Of a stretch of DNA of 51,320 nucleotides, positions 1 to 10,275 are shown piece after piece. Under the pieces are notes generated by a model. It ran no database searches. It saw nothing but the letters and a program-made list of their open reading frames with translations, and had not been told where the DNA came from. Source of the stretch: Pelagibacteraceae bacterium (GTDB lineage: Bacteria > Pseudomonadota > Alphaproteobacteria > Pelagibacterales > Pelagibacteraceae); assembly GCA_002684895.1 (NCBI GenBank), contig NYVZ01000004.1, positions 20,164 to 71,483 of the forward strand. The letters are read 5' to 3'. Within the stretch, counting starts at the first letter, position 1. Every line of letters starts with the position of its first letter. The position numbers were made by a program, and so were the translations under genes.

Positions 1-276
1 GATGCATTATGTAAGAGATTTAAAATAGATAATTCTAGAAGACAGAAACATTCTGCATTACTTGATTGTGAGTTATTAGCTAAAGTTTATATTGAACTCT
101 TTGAAAAAAAAGAGCCTTCATTTGAATTTAAAATTGAAGACGATGACACCATTGTTAAAGATGTTGAAGATTTCAAAAATAGAGAACAGTTAGTTCAAGA
201 AATAACTAGTGAAGAAAAAGATCTTCACCGAAATTTTTTAAAAAAAGACCTTCCAAAATCTTCAATGCTCAATTAG
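1..276 (+). CDS. dnaQ: DNA polymerase III epsilon subunit, C-terminal part (5' truncated by window)
   Basis: Manual frame-1 translation [33 protein letters not shown] contains the Exo III HxAxxD motif; TAG at 274-276; convergent with secB as in alphaproteobacteria. Confidence 0.93.
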   Translation, partial: DALCKRFKIDNSRRQKHSALLDCELLAKVYIELFEKKEPSFEFKIEDDDTIVKDVEDFKNREQLVQEITSEEKDLHRNFLKKDLPKSSMLN

Positions 277-709
277 AGAATTGTTGTTTATAAAGATCTT
301 CAAAATCTATTGGTTTATTAAAATTGAAATTTTTAAAGCCAGATTTTTGAAATAAAGTTGAAATAACATCTTTCATGTACTCAAAATTTTCACTGGGTAT
401 AGATACTAAAATAGTTTTTTTAATTTCATCAGCTGTCATTTTAGGATCAGTTAACTTAAACACAATAGAAATACAAACTTCAGCATGAATTTTGTTATCA
501 AGGTTTTCCGGAGCTTCAAGTAGAAACTTACAATTGAGTTCGGCCAAGTTATTTTTAAAAGGTTTACTGGTTAAATCTAGTTTTGTAGAATATGACCCAA
601 GATTTTCTGCTGCACTAACAAAACATTCTGGTGATGGTATTTCAAAAGAAATATCTTTTATATATTTTGCTACGACTTCATATTTTTTTTGACTATTTGT
701 CTCGCTCAT
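269..709 (-). CDS. secB: Preprotein translocase chaperone SecB
   Basis: [12 protein letters not shown]-terminal motif and PIDFEDLY C-terminus; ATG at 709 preceded by GAGG; dnaQ-secB-fxsA-tim44 synteny. Confidence 0.9.
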   Translation of the reverse strand: MSETNSQKKYEVVAKYIKDISFEIPSPECFVSAAENLGSYSTKLDLTSKPFKNNLAELNCKFLLEAPENLDNKIHAEVCISIVFKLTDPKMTADEIKKTILVSIPSENFEYMKDVISTLFQKSGFKNFNFNKPIDFEDLYKQQFSN

Positions 710-1118
710 CAATTTCCTCAGCCTGAATTTCTATTGTGTTAGTATTATCTTGATCTTGCTTTTTTTGAATATTGGTATCACTTCCAAAAATTTTTAATAT
801 AATGTTTCTCGAAAAAGGAATAAGTAGCAATACTCCTAATGTGTCAGTAAAAAAACCAGGAACGATCAATAAAATAGCTGCAATTATCAGACAAAATCCA
901 TTTAAAACTTCTTTTAGCGGTTCTTGGTTATTACGAACGGTATTAGCAGCAGAATAAAGCATTGAGATCCCTTGCATTCTCACAAAATAAAGTCCTACTG
1001 CCGCAGTCAATAAAGTTGCTAATATGGTATTGAAAGCACCTATAACAGTACCTATTTTTATCATGAAGTATATTTCAATTAATGGAATAAATATTAAAAA
1101 TAGTATTGTAAATTGCAT
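693..1118 (-). CDS. fxsA: FxsA family membrane protein
   Basis: PLIEIY and LLIVPGFFTDTLGVLLLIP signatures. Confidence 0.92.
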   Translation of the reverse strand: MQFTILFLIFIPLIEIYFMIKIGTVIGAFNTILATLLTAAVGLYFVRMQGISMLYSAANTVRNNQEPLKEVLNGFCLIIAAILLIVPGFFTDTLGVLLLIPFSRNIILKIFGSDTNIQKKQDQDNTNTIEIQAEEIDERDK

Positions 1119-1156
1119 TTAATGTTGAAATAATTACTTTTATAGAAATTACAAGA

Positions 1157-1771
1157 ATGAGCGAAAATTTTGGATATATAGATATTATTTTACTCGCAAT
1201 AATGGCGGGTTTTATACTATTAAGATTGAGAAGTACTCTTGGCAAGGGTGCAGATAACATGCCTATGAAAGCTAGATTTACGCAAACACAAGCAAATGAA
1301 GAATTTGTTAAAACGACTGTAAATGATGAGCCAAAGCAAGACGAGAGTAAATTTAATGAAAAAACTTTTGTTAAGGGAGCCGAGGCAGCTTATGAAATAA
1401 TTATTAATGCTTTCGCGCAAAGTGATCGTAAGACATTAAAGCCACTTTTAACTAAAGATTTATATAAAAGCTTTGATGATGTTATTAAAGAAAGATCAGT
1501 TAAAAAAATAACATCTGATATGACTTTTATTGGAATTAAAGAAACAAAAGTCCTTGATGTTAACGTAGTTGGTTCAGTCCATAAGGTTAAAACTAAATTT
1601 GTTAGCGAAATAGTAAATTGTTTAAAAAATGATAAAGGTAAAGTCATCGAAGGTAATCCAGAACAAATCAAGCTAGTTACGGATGTATGGGTATTTCAAA
1701 AGGATTTAAAAAGCAGTGATCCAACTTGGTATTTAACTGAGTTATCAAGTGAAGAAGAAACCAAACACTAA
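1157..1771 (+). CDS. Tim44/TimA family adaptor protein
   Basis: N-terminal TM segment DIILLAIMAGFILLRLRSTLG, FVKGAEAAYEII, DVWVF..PTW; synteny. Confidence 0.9.
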   Translation: MSENFGYIDIILLAIMAGFILLRLRSTLGKGADNMPMKARFTQTQANEEFVKTTVNDEPKQDESKFNEKTFVKGAEAAYEIIINAFAQSDRKTLKPLLTKDLYKSFDDVIKERSVKKITSDMTFIGIKETKVLDVNVVGSVHKVKTKFVSEIVNCLKNDKGKVIEGNPEQIKLVTDVWVFQKDLKSSDPTWYLTELSSEEETKH

Positions 1772-2183
1772 ACCGACCGATCAAGATCTAAAAGATTGGA
1801 ATTCTTTCATAGACAATATAAGCAATATTGAAGATAAAGATGCCCCAATTGATAACGTTTTAGAAAATAATCAAAGTCAAAAGTTGTTTGATATTAGAAA
1901 AGATCTTCATGGTTTTAAAATGCATGAAGCATTAGAACTGGTATCACAAACTATTAATCACGCTATTGAAAATAAACTTAGAAAAATTCTTTTTATTACA
2001 GGTAAAGGTTTACACTCTAACAAAGAAAAAGATCCTTACGCGTCAAAAGATTTAAGCTTACTACGTTATGCTGTTCCAGAGCATATTAATAACTTCTTCT
2101 CTGATAATGTAATTAAAATTGAAGAAAGCCCTTTAAAACTTGGTGGTTCCGGTTCTATAATTGTGTTATTAAAAAAAATATAA
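1749..2183 (+). CDS. Smr/MutS2-C domain protein
   Basis: DLHG...ITGKG...GGSGS Smr motifs; GTG start. Confidence 0.9.
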   Translation: MKKKPNTKPTDQDLKDWNSFIDNISNIEDKDAPIDNVLENNQSQKLFDIRKDLHGFKMHEALELVSQTINHAIENKLRKILFITGKGLHSNKEKDPYASKDLSLLRYAVPEHINNFFSDNVIKIEESPLKLGGSGSIIVLLKKI

Positions 2184-2197
2184 GATCTCTTAGTTAC

Positions 2198-2899
2198 ATG
2201 AAAAGAAATTACCTACAAGACGCTAGACGTGTTTATGATGTTTTAAAAAAAGGTGGTATTGCAATTGTTTACATGAGGAATGCGTACGCTATTATGAGTG
2301 GCACTGATAAAGCTCTTCAAAAAGTTTATACAGCAAAAAAAAGAAGTCTCAGCAGACCTAGTGGTCTTGTGGCCAATGCAAAAACTCATCAAAAACTTCA
2401 TATATTAAGTAGTGAAAAAAAAAATATTATTAAAAAATTTTCTAAAAAATATAATTTACCAATCTCAATAATAGCACCTTATAAAAAAAAACACCCAATG
2501 GTTTCTAAATTTTCACTTTTTAGTAAGAAACTGGCAACTAAAAATAATACAGTAAACTTGTTACTAAATTCAGGACCGTTAAGAGAGCATATTGCAGATC
2601 TTAGTTTGCAGGATAACTTTCCTTTAATAGCTTCATCAGCAAACTTATCTCAACGAGGGACAAAATATAGAGTTAAGGATATTGAGACTAGAGTAAAAAG
2701 GTGTGCCGATATTATTATTAATTATGGACCGTGTGAAATATACAAAGAGGGAAAAACATTCGATCATAATGGTTTGTCGTTATCTAGTACGCAAATTGAT
2801 TTTAGGGATATGAGTGTTGTAAGAAAAGGAGTATACTTTAAGGAAATCTACAATATTTTTAAGGACGAATTTGACATAAATTTAGCTTTAAGATTATAG
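2198..2899 (+). CDS. Divergent Sua5/YciO/YrdC-domain protein
   Basis: LKKGG, AKKR (KxR), PLIASSAN (SxN), SSTQIDF, VVRKG; canonical PT(D/E)TxYG replaced by YMRNAYA. Confidence 0.8.
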   Translation: MKRNYLQDARRVYDVLKKGGIAIVYMRNAYAIMSGTDKALQKVYTAKKRSLSRPSGLVANAKTHQKLHILSSEKKNIIKKFSKKYNLPISIIAPYKKKHPMVSKFSLFSKKLATKNNTVNLLLNSGPLREHIADLSLQDNFPLIASSANLSQRGTKYRVKDIETRVKRCADIIINYGPCEIYKEGKTFDHNGLSLSSTQIDFRDMSVVRKGVYFKEIYNIFKDEFDINLALRL

Positions 2900-4213
2900 A
2901 ATAAATTTAGATAAATCTTTATCTTTGGCAATATCTCCCAAATGCTTATCCACGTAGGCTTTATCAATTTTAATTTTTTCGCCACCTTTATCAGGAGCTT
3001 CAAAGCTAATCTCGTCTAAAATTTTTTCTAAAATAGTATGCAATCTTCTTGCACCGATATTTTCTATCGTTGAGTTTATGTGTGTTGATATTTCTGCAAT
3101 AGTATCGATTGCATCATCTGTAAATTCAAGCGTTACATTTTCTGTTCCTAGTAGTGCAGTATATTGTTTTATTAAACTATTATCTGGTTCTTTTAAAATT
3201 TTTATAAAATCATCTTTTGTTAGAGCATTTAACTCTACGCGAATTGGTAGTCGACCTTGCAGCTCTGGCAATAAATCAGATGGTTTTGCAAGTTGGAAAG
3301 CGCCTGATGCAATAAACAAAATGTGATCAGTTTTGATAGGACCATGTTTGGTATTAACAGTTGTTCCTTCTATTAAAGGTAAGAGGTCTCTTTGTACTCC
3401 CTCTCTCGACACATCTGCACCTGCCCTACCATCTGATCTTGCTGAAACTTTATCAATTTCATCTAAAAAAACTATTCCATTATTCTCAGCAGCAAACTTT
3501 GCCTCTTTTAGTACCTGGTCATCATCCATTAATTTATCCGATTCTTCTAGTATAAGATATTCGTACGATTCTTTTACCGTCATTTTTTTCTTTTTCTTTT
3601 TTGTCAATCCTTTTCCAAAAATATCTCCAATACTCACCATGCCAACATTTCCCTGCATTCCGGGAATTTCAAAAGATGGCATTTGAGGATTATCTTGAAC
3701 TGAGATTTCTATTTCATTATTATCTAAATCTCCCGCTCTAAGTCTTTTTCTGTAACTTTCTTTTGTTGCAGCACTTGCATTTTTTCCTACCAAAACTTCT
3801 AGAACTCTATTTTCAGCAGATAGTTGGGCTTTAGCTAAAACTTCTTTCTTCTTCTTCTCTTTAACGAGTGCAATTGAAATTTCAATTAAATCTCTAATTA
3901 TTTGTTCGACATCTTTTCCAACATAACCAACCTCAGTAAATTTTGTTGCTTCAACTTTAATAAAGGGAGCCTCTGCAAGCTTTGATAACCGTCTCGAGAT
4001 TTCTGTCTTACCGACTCCTGTCGGTCCAATCATTAAAATATTTTTTGGAAGAACCTCTTCTTTAATTTCATCTGGTAACTCTTGCCTTCTCCATCTATTC
4101 CTTAGAGCAATAGCAACAGCCCTTTTCGCTTGTGCCTGCCCTATTACAAAACGGTCTAACTCAGAAACTATTTCTCTTGGAGAGAATGAAACAATTTTTT
4201 GGTTTTCTTCCAT
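2894..4213 (-). CDS. hslU: ATP-dependent protease ATPase subunit HslU
   Basis: GPTGVGKT Walker A, GYVG pore loop, DEIDK, GARRL. Confidence 0.99.
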   Translation of the reverse strand: MEENQKIVSFSPREIVSELDRFVIGQAQAKRAVAIALRNRWRRQELPDEIKEEVLPKNILMIGPTGVGKTEISRRLSKLAEAPFIKVEATKFTEVGYVGKDVEQIIRDLIEISIALVKEKKKKEVLAKAQLSAENRVLEVLVGKNASAATKESYRKRLRAGDLDNNEIEISVQDNPQMPSFEIPGMQGNVGMVSIGDIFGKGLTKKKKKKMTVKESYEYLILEESDKLMDDDQVLKEAKFAAENNGIVFLDEIDKVSARSDGRAGADVSREGVQRDLLPLIEGTTVNTKHGPIKTDHILFIASGAFQLAKPSDLLPELQGRLPIRVELNALTKDDFIKILKEPDNSLIKQYTALLGTENVTLEFTDDAIDTIAEISTHINSTIENIGARRLHTILEKILDEISFEAPDKGGEKIKIDKAYVDKHLGDIAKDKDLSKFIL

Positions 4214-4761
4214 TAAAGTTTTTCAGTTGTAATATTATGATTTGTGAATACGCAAATATCAGCTGCAATTTCTATTGATTTTTTTGCAATTTCTTCTGCA
4301 GATTTTTCCGAGTCTATCATGGCTCTAGCAGCTGCTAATGCGTAGTTTCCGCCAGAGCCAATTGCTATAATTCCATGTTCTGGTTCTAATACATCGCCAT
4401 TGCCACTAATAATAAAACTATTATCTTTATCTGCTACTGCCATTAATGCTTCTAGTCTTCTTAAATATTTATCGGTACGCCAATCTTTCGCTAACTCGAC
4501 AGCTGCTCTAGTCAATTGGCCACCATGTTTTTCTAGTTTAGATTCAAGCCTTTCAAATAATGTAAATGCGTCAGCTGTAGATCCAGCAAAACCAGCAATA
4601 ACATTTCTTTTTTCGATTTTACGGACTTTTTTTGCAGTACTTTTCATTACAGTGTTGCCAATACTCACTTGGCCATCACCAGCTACAACAACATCTTTAT
4701 TTTTTCTTATAAGTACGATTGTTGTACCATGCCAATCTAAACCATCTTTATTTTGCTTCAT
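4213..4761 (-). CDS. hslV: ATP-dependent protease peptidase subunit HslV
   Basis: Short propeptide then HG|TTIV, GDGQVS, GSGG. Confidence 0.99.
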   Translation of the reverse strand: MKQNKDGLDWHGTTIVLIRKNKDVVVAGDGQVSIGNTVMKSTAKKVRKIEKRNVIAGFAGSTADAFTLFERLESKLEKHGGQLTRAAVELAKDWRTDKYLRRLEALMAVADKDNSFIISGNGDVLEPEHGIIAIGSGGNYALAAARAMIDSEKSAEEIAKKSIEIAADICVFTNHNITTEKL

Positions 4762-4769
4762 TTTACTAT

Positions 4770-4798
4770 TATTTGGTTATTAATTCTAAATCTTCAAG
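4770..4798 (-). promoter_or_regulatory. Putative RpoH (sigma32) promoter of hslVU
   Basis: Minus strand CTTGAA (4798-4793) and ACCAAAT (4777-4771), resembling the alphaproteobacterial CTTG-N17-CYTATNT consensus; -10 imperfect. Confidence 0.5.
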
Positions 4799-4840
4799 GT
4801 ATAAATTTTATGGCTTATGATATAAATAATTTAAAAGGTA

Positions 4841-5428
4841 ATGAGAAAAGCTTCAATAAATAGAGATACCAAGGAAACCTCGATCAAAGTCGACATTAAC
4901 CTTGATGGGACAGGTAAAGCTAGCATTAAAACCGGTATTGGTTTCCTAGATCATATGATGGAGCAAATAGCTAAACACTCGCTCATTGATATTGACTTAA
5001 AAGCTAAAGGCGATTTACATATTGATTTACATCATACTACAGAAGATAGTGGAATTGCATTCGGGGAGGCCTTAAAAAAAGCTTTAGGAGAAAAAAAAGG
5101 AATTAAAAGATATGCAAGTGCCACTATTCCTATGGACGAAACGCTGAGCAGAGTTTCATTAGATTTGTCAAATCGCCCTTATCTAGTTTGGAACGTAAAA
5201 CTTGCAGTAGAAAAATTAGGTGAAATGGATACAGAACTTTTTAAAGAGTGGTTTCACGCATTTTCACAAAGTGCTGGTATAACATTACACGTTGAAAACA
5301 TTTATGGTGATAATTCGCATCACAAAATAGAATCTTGTTACAAAGGTCTAGCAAGAGCTTTGAGAGAAGCTGTGCAAGTTGATCAAAGAGCAGAAAACAT
5401 AATACCATCGACCAAGGGCACTATTTAA
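4841..5428 (+). CDS. hisB: Imidazoleglycerol-phosphate dehydratase
   Basis: [21 protein letters not shown] motifs. Confidence 0.99.
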   Translation: MRKASINRDTKETSIKVDINLDGTGKASIKTGIGFLDHMMEQIAKHSLIDIDLKAKGDLHIDLHHTTEDSGIAFGEALKKALGEKKGIKRYASATIPMDETLSRVSLDLSNRPYLVWNVKLAVEKLGEMDTELFKEWFHAFSQSAGITLHVENIYGDNSHHKIESCYKGLARALREAVQVDQRAENIIPSTKGTI

Positions 5429-5434
5429 GATTTA

Positions 5435-6070
5435 ATGAAGATTGCTATAATCGATTATGAAACTGGCAATTTGAAGTCAGTTTCAAAAGCATTAGAACTT
5501 GCATCGAATAATGTCTTAAAAAAATCTAATATTGAAATAATAAATTCAACAAAAGATTTAAATAATTTTGATAAGGTTGTCTTACCAGGACAAGGTTCTT
5601 TTAAACAATGTTTCCAATCTTTAAATTCAATTCATGAAATTCTTGATGGGTTATCAGATTTTGTTATGGTTCGAAAAAAACCTATTCTTGGAATATGCGT
5701 TGGCATGCAACTATTTTCTTCCTATGGAGACGAGGATGGTGGCAGTGAGGGCCTAGGATGGATTGAAGGAAAAGTAAAAAAAATAAATTTGAAAGATAAA
5801 TCATTAAAATTACCTCACATGGGTTGGAATAATATTCAAATTACACCAAATTCAAAATTACTTAATGGAATTGATAACGATAGTCACTTCTATTTTGTTC
5901 ATAGCTTTGCTTTTGATGTAAATGAAAAAATGCATGTATCGGCAACAACAAATTATTCAATTGAAATCGTTTCTGCAATTGAGAAAGATAATATATTTGG
6001 AACACAATTTCACCCAGAAAAAAGTCAGGCCAATGGCATAAAGATATTGGAAAATTTTGTGAGAATATAA
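5435..6070 (+). CDS. hisH: Imidazole glycerol phosphate synthase, glutaminase subunit
   Basis: LPGQG, GICVGMQ, PHMGWN, QFHPEKS. Confidence 0.99.
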   Translation: MKIAIIDYETGNLKSVSKALELASNNVLKKSNIEIINSTKDLNNFDKVVLPGQGSFKQCFQSLNSIHEILDGLSDFVMVRKKPILGICVGMQLFSSYGDEDGGSEGLGWIEGKVKKINLKDKSLKLPHMGWNNIQITPNSKLLNGIDNDSHFYFVHSFAFDVNEKMHVSATTNYSIEIVSAIEKDNIFGTQFHPEKSQANGIKILENFVRI

Positions 6071-6786
6071 TGATTATATACCCAGCAATAGATTTAAAAG
6101 ATGGAAAGTGTGTAAGACTGACTAAGGGAGATTTTAATCAGGAAACTATTTATTCAAGATCTCCATTGGAGCAAGCAAAAGTTTTCGAGGAAAAAGGTTT
6201 TCAATATTTGCACGTAGTAGATTTGGATAGAACAATTGATAAATCTAAATCAAATTTATCTACTATAAAAACTATTATTCAAAACACCAGTCTAAAAGTT
6301 CAAGTTGGTGGCGGTTTAAGAACAAAGGAGACAGTTGAAGAAGTAATTGACTTGGGTGTTGAAAATATTGTTATGGGGACTGGAGCTGTAAATAATCCTG
6401 ATCTTTTACTTGAAGCCTCTCAGAAACACCAAAATAAAATTTCTGTAGGTCTGGACGTTAGAGAAAAAATGATTGCTTTAAAAGGGTGGAAAGATCAAAC
6501 ACAGATTTCATGTTTTGATTTTTTAGAAACAATAAAAAATTTGCCACTTCGAAGTATAATTTTTACTGATATTAACAAGGATGGTATGAAACAGGGTGTA
6601 AATATTGAAGATACTTTAAGGATGGCTGAAAGCTCAAACATTCCTGTAACTGCCTCTGGTGGCGTTTCTAGTATTGAAGATATAAAAAATATTAAAGAAA
6701 AGAAAAAAATTTATGGTGTTGTTGTCGGTAAAGCGATTTATGACGGGTTAATTAATTTAAACGATTTAGTAAAACTCAATGCTTAA
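6070..6786 (+). CDS. hisA: ProFAR isomerase
   Basis: [38 protein letters not shown]. Confidence 0.98.
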   Translation: MIIYPAIDLKDGKCVRLTKGDFNQETIYSRSPLEQAKVFEEKGFQYLHVVDLDRTIDKSKSNLSTIKTIIQNTSLKVQVGGGLRTKETVEEVIDLGVENIVMGTGAVNNPDLLLEASQKHQNKISVGLDVREKMIALKGWKDQTQISCFDFLETIKNLPLRSIIFTDINKDGMKQGVNIEDTLRMAESSNIPVTASGGVSSIEDIKNIKEKKKIYGVVVGKAIYDGLINLNDLVKLNA

Positions 6787-7537
6787 AAAAAGAATAATTC
6801 CATGCTTAGATGTTAAAGATGGCAGGGTTGTTAAAGGTATTAATTTTGTTGATTTGATCGATGCTGGTGACCCAGTTGAACAGGCATCTATTTATAATGA
6901 AAACGGTGCTGATGAAATTTGTTTTCTAGATATTACTGCGAGTAGTGATAAACGAGATATTTTATTGGATACAGTAAAAAAGACAGCTGAATGTTGCTTT
7001 GTACCTTTGACTGTTGGTGGAGGAGTTCGATCAATTCATGACATACGAAAACTTTTATTAGCTGGTGCTGATAAAGTATCAATTAATACTGCAGCTATTA
7101 AAAATCCTGATTTAATTAAAGAAAGTTCAAATAAATTTGGTTCACAATGTATCGTTGTTGCGATTGATGCAAAAAAAACGAAGAATAATACTTGGGAAGT
7201 TTTTACACATGGAGGCCGTCAACCTACCCAATTGAATGCTCTTGATTTTGCTAAACTAGCAGAAGAGAATGGAGCTGGTGAAATCTTGCTTACATCAATG
7301 GATAGAGATGGAACCAAAGAAGGCTATGATATTGAATTAACTAAAACAATATCAAGTAGCTTAAATATTCCTGTGATTGCTTCAGGTGGTGTAGGAACTT
7401 TGAAACATCTTAAAGATGGCATTGTAGAGGGCGGTTCTAGCGCTGTTCTAGCAGCATCAATATTTCATTTCGGCGAATATTCTATTCAGGAAGCAAAAGA
7501 GTATTTAAAAAAAGAGAATGTTCCTGTAAGATTGTAA
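6779..7537 (+). CDS. hisF: Imidazole glycerol phosphate synthase, cyclase subunit
   Basis: [28 protein letters not shown]. Confidence 0.99.
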   Translation: MLKKRIIPCLDVKDGRVVKGINFVDLIDAGDPVEQASIYNENGADEICFLDITASSDKRDILLDTVKKTAECCFVPLTVGGGVRSIHDIRKLLLAGADKVSINTAAIKNPDLIKESSNKFGSQCIVVAIDAKKTKNNTWEVFTHGGRQPTQLNALDFAKLAEENGAGEILLTSMDRDGTKEGYDIELTKTISSSLNIPVIASGGVGTLKHLKDGIVEGGSSAVLAASIFHFGEYSIQEAKEYLKKENVPVRL

Positions 7538-7538
7538 T

Positions 7539-7844
7539 ATGTTTAATGTCTTTGAAGCATTAGTCAAAACTATTAGAGATAGAAAAAGTTCATCAGAGCA
7601 AGAGTCTTATACTAAAAAATTATTAGTAGATAATAATCTTTGCAGGGAAAAGGTTATGGAAGAAATTAATGAATTAGTAGATGCTTTAAGTAAAAAAAAA
7701 AATGAAGTACATGAGGCAGCTGATGTCATTTACCATCTTTTAGTTTTATTAGAAGCAAATGATATTAAAATTGAAGATGTTTTAGGTGAACTAAAAAAAC
7801 GTCAAGGTATTTCTGGTTTGGTCGAAAAGGCAAATAGAGAATAA
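7539..7844 (+). CDS. hisE: Phosphoribosyl-ATP diphosphatase
   Basis: SYTKKL, KVMEE..E, EAADVIYH, RQGISG. Confidence 0.96.
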   Translation: MFNVFEALVKTIRDRKSSSEQESYTKKLLVDNNLCREKVMEEINELVDALSKKKNEVHEAADVIYHLLVLLEANDIKIEDVLGELKKRQGISGLVEKANRE

Positions 7845-8230
7845 TGACTTACGACACGAATAATATTTTTGCAAAAATTTTACGAAAAGAAATTCCTTGT
7901 AATAAAGTTTATGAAAATGAACACGCATTGGCTTTTAATGATATTAACCCACAAGCAAAGGTACATATTTTAGTGATACCTAAAGGATCATATGTCGACG
8001 TTGATGACTTTTCAAGAAATGCCTCAAAAGATGAAATAGCTTCATTAATGCATGCAGTAGCTGAGGTTTGTAAGATCACTAAAGTTTCACTAACTGAAGG
8101 CGGCAATGGATTTAGATTAATTGCTAATACTGGATCTGATGGAAGTCAGGAAGTTCCACATTTTCATTATCATGTTATGGGAGGTGAGCCTATGGGTTTA
8201 CGTGGCCTACGAAAAGCTTCAAATGAATAA
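7844..8230 (+). CDS. Histidine triad (HIT/HinT) nucleotide-binding protein
   Basis: NIFAKIL, DINPQA..HILVIP, QEVPHFHYH triad. Confidence 0.96.
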   Translation: MTYDTNNIFAKILRKEIPCNKVYENEHALAFNDINPQAKVHILVIPKGSYVDVDDFSRNASKDEIASLMHAVAEVCKITKVSLTEGGNGFRLIANTGSDGSQEVPHFHYHVMGGEPMGLRGLRKASNE

Positions 8231-9218
8231 AAGAAGTTTTCTAAAATTAATTTTTAGTACTACATCACTATTATTCTTTTCTACATTTTCATTATTTGCA
8301 AGCGGTCATAAAAGATCTGGCAAAGGCAGAGGTAGAGGTAGAAGTAAAAAAAACAAAGAGGGTCGTGGTAAACCTGAAAGAGAGGAGTTTATTGGAACAC
8401 CCTACCAAGGAAAGATGTATGATGCGCATGCTCATATTACCTCTAAGGTGAGTATTAAAACATATATAGAAGCTTATAAAAATTCTACTTTTGATAAAGC
8501 GGGTTTATTTACAAAAAGCATTAAATCTAAAAGTTTAGAAAAAATTAAAAATAAATTAGGTAAAAACTTTTTCTTTTTTGTTGATTTGCACAAAAGAGAA
8601 AAATCTAATTACCAGTTTGTGAAAAGTAGAGCCAAGTCATTGAATATGGCTAAACAAAAAAATCTTGTTCACGGAGTGGGTGAACTTTATTATAATTTAA
8701 GTTTTGCACCATTCGCACCACAAGGTATTAAAACAAATTACAAGTCAAAATCTGAAATAGGAATATTAGAGAAAGCTGCTGAATTAAAGCTTCCAGTTTT
8801 TATTCATGATGAAAAATTTTATGAGCATCAAGATTTATTAGATATTGTAAAAAAAATTCCTAATTTGAAGGTCGTGTTAGCACATTTGGGTTATATTAAA
8901 AGTCCAAGAAAAGTTGATAAATTACTTACCAATAACAAACAGATTTATACAGATTTATCTTTAGTAACTAATTCTAGATTTGGTCCATTTAAAAGAAAGG
9001 GTTTAATTATAAAAAGGGTCCCAAGTAAGAAATGGATTGAAATTTTAGAAAAACATGATGATAGAATATTGGTTGGGTCAGATATTGGAGCTGATGTGCA
9101 AAGGGTTAAAAGATTATCCAAAGTAGCAAATGATTATAGAATTTTACTTAGTCATTTAAAAAAGAGTAGTGCTGAAAAAATAGCTTACAAAAATTTTGAA
9201 AAATTATTCTCAATATAA
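8223..9218 (+). CDS. Exported amidohydrolase (Amidohydro_2/TatD-like TIM barrel) with Tat-like signal peptide
   Basis: Probable start ATG 8223 (MNKRSFLKL + hydrophobic stretch); DAHAH, GVGE, PVFIH, LAHLG, VGSD metal-site motifs. Confidence 0.8.
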   Translation: MNKRSFLKLIFSTTSLLFFSTFSLFASGHKRSGKGRGRGRSKKNKEGRGKPEREEFIGTPYQGKMYDAHAHITSKVSIKTYIEAYKNSTFDKAGLFTKSIKSKSLEKIKNKLGKNFFFFVDLHKREKSNYQFVKSRAKSLNMAKQKNLVHGVGELYYNLSFAPFAPQGIKTNYKSKSEIGILEKAAELKLPVFIHDEKFYEHQDLLDIVKKIPNLKVVLAHLGYIKSPRKVDKLLTNNKQIYTDLSLVTNSRFGPFKRKGLIIKRVPSKKWIEILEKHDDRILVGSDIGADVQRVKRLSKVANDYRILLSHLKKSSAEKIAYKNFEKLFSI

Positions 9219-9715
9219 TGAACGTTCAAAGATATTTCCTAGACATGAATTCTAAAATAGATCTTCTGCCAGCTGAGTGTGGTATTGCAGGTCTTGTGAT
9301 TGAAGAGAGTGACAAATCAGATCCACAATATTGTAAGTTTCTTTACCAAAAAATTGGTGAGGATTTTCATTGGAAAGATAGGTTAGCGTGGTCGCTAGAG
9401 CAATGGGGCACCTACTTAAATCAAAAGAATTTGAAATTTTTCATAGCTAAAATTGGAAATGATGTTGTAGGATTTTACGAATATCTTCATCACGATGAAA
9501 AAAAAGAGGTAGAATTAACTTATATGGGAATTTTTAAAGAATATTTTGGAAAAAAATTAGGTGGATATTTATTAACACATGCTTTGAGATCTGGTTGGTC
9601 ACATCGGCCAAGCAGAATATGGGTTCATACTTGTACTCTTGATCATCCAAACGCTTTACGAAATTATATTGCGCGCGGAATGAGTATTTTTAAAAAAGAG
9701 AATGTTAATGTTTAA
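9218..9715 (+). CDS. GNAT family N-acetyltransferase
   Basis: YMGIFKEYFGKKLGGYLL (acetyl-CoA motif A), WVHTCTLDHPNALRNY. Confidence 0.92.
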   Translation: MNVQRYFLDMNSKIDLLPAECGIAGLVIEESDKSDPQYCKFLYQKIGEDFHWKDRLAWSLEQWGTYLNQKNLKFFIAKIGNDVVGFYEYLHHDEKKEVELTYMGIFKEYFGKKLGGYLLTHALRSGWSHRPSRIWVHTCTLDHPNALRNYIARGMSIFKKENVNV

Positions 9716-10275
9716 TTACTATAATTTGGTAAAATAAATTTCTCTTTTAATTCTGAGTTAATTACTGGATTTAAAATATTAAATATTACTGGTTCTTGAT
9801 TGTAACTTATGGTTTCCCAACCTTTTAGCATCTTATTTTTCTTTCCAAAAAAAATTTTTACATAGATTCTTTCATTTGCTCGAATTTCATAAAAATATTT
9901 ATTAGATGTTTCTTTGACATCAGATGAGTCAATTATTTTTAAATTTTCTAAAATTTTTTTCTTATTTAAAATTATATTAAAGGCGGAGTTTTTTATAGGA
10001 TATCTATAAGATCTTTTGAATTTATGCTTTATGATGTACAAACTTTTATTTGTAACTAATATCTCTTTACCATCTTCACTGTTATAAATACATTTTAATT
10101 TTCCTGGAAAAACTAATAAACATTTACCATTTTCATTTTGATTATTACTAATTTGTTCAAATTCAAAAGTAATATTATTTGTTTCATCTAATTTTTTAAT
10201 AATCTCATTAGTAATATTTGCTAATAAAGTGTTAGAATAGAATAAGAGAATAACAAAATTAATTAATAGTTTCAT
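9712..10275 (-). CDS. lolA: Outer-membrane lipoprotein carrier protein LolA
   Basis: Signal peptide, FEFEQ..GKC...PGKLKC.Y; immediately downstream of ftsK with a TGATG overlap. Confidence 0.82.
   Translation of the reverse strand: MKLLINFVILLFYSNTLLANITNEIIKKLDETNNITFEFEQISNNQNENGKCLLVFPGKLKCIYNSEDGKEILVTNKSLYIIKHKFKRSYRYPIKNSAFNIILNKKKILENLKIIDSSDVKETSNKYFYEIRANERIYVKIFFGKKNKMLKGWETISYNQEPVIFNILNPVINSELKEKFILPNYSN

Noticed and set aside
2946-2954. DnaA-box-like TTATCCACG (also TTATCCCTC near 15188)
   Set aside because: Isolated, mismatched copies with no cluster and no intergenic room for oriC
3078-4783. Plus-strand ORFs over hslUV, and similar shadow ORFs over dnaK, leuS, rph, phoH and murJ
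   Set aside because: They lie antisense or out of frame within well-conserved genes and show typical shadow composition
8121-8222. N-terminal extension of the amidohydrolase ORF (365-aa call)
   Set aside because: It overlaps the HIT catalytic region; ATG 8223 gives a proper signal peptide
8318-8370. GGYAGA-type short repeats
   Set aside because: They encode the GRGRGR linker; not a DNA repeat element or CRISPR array
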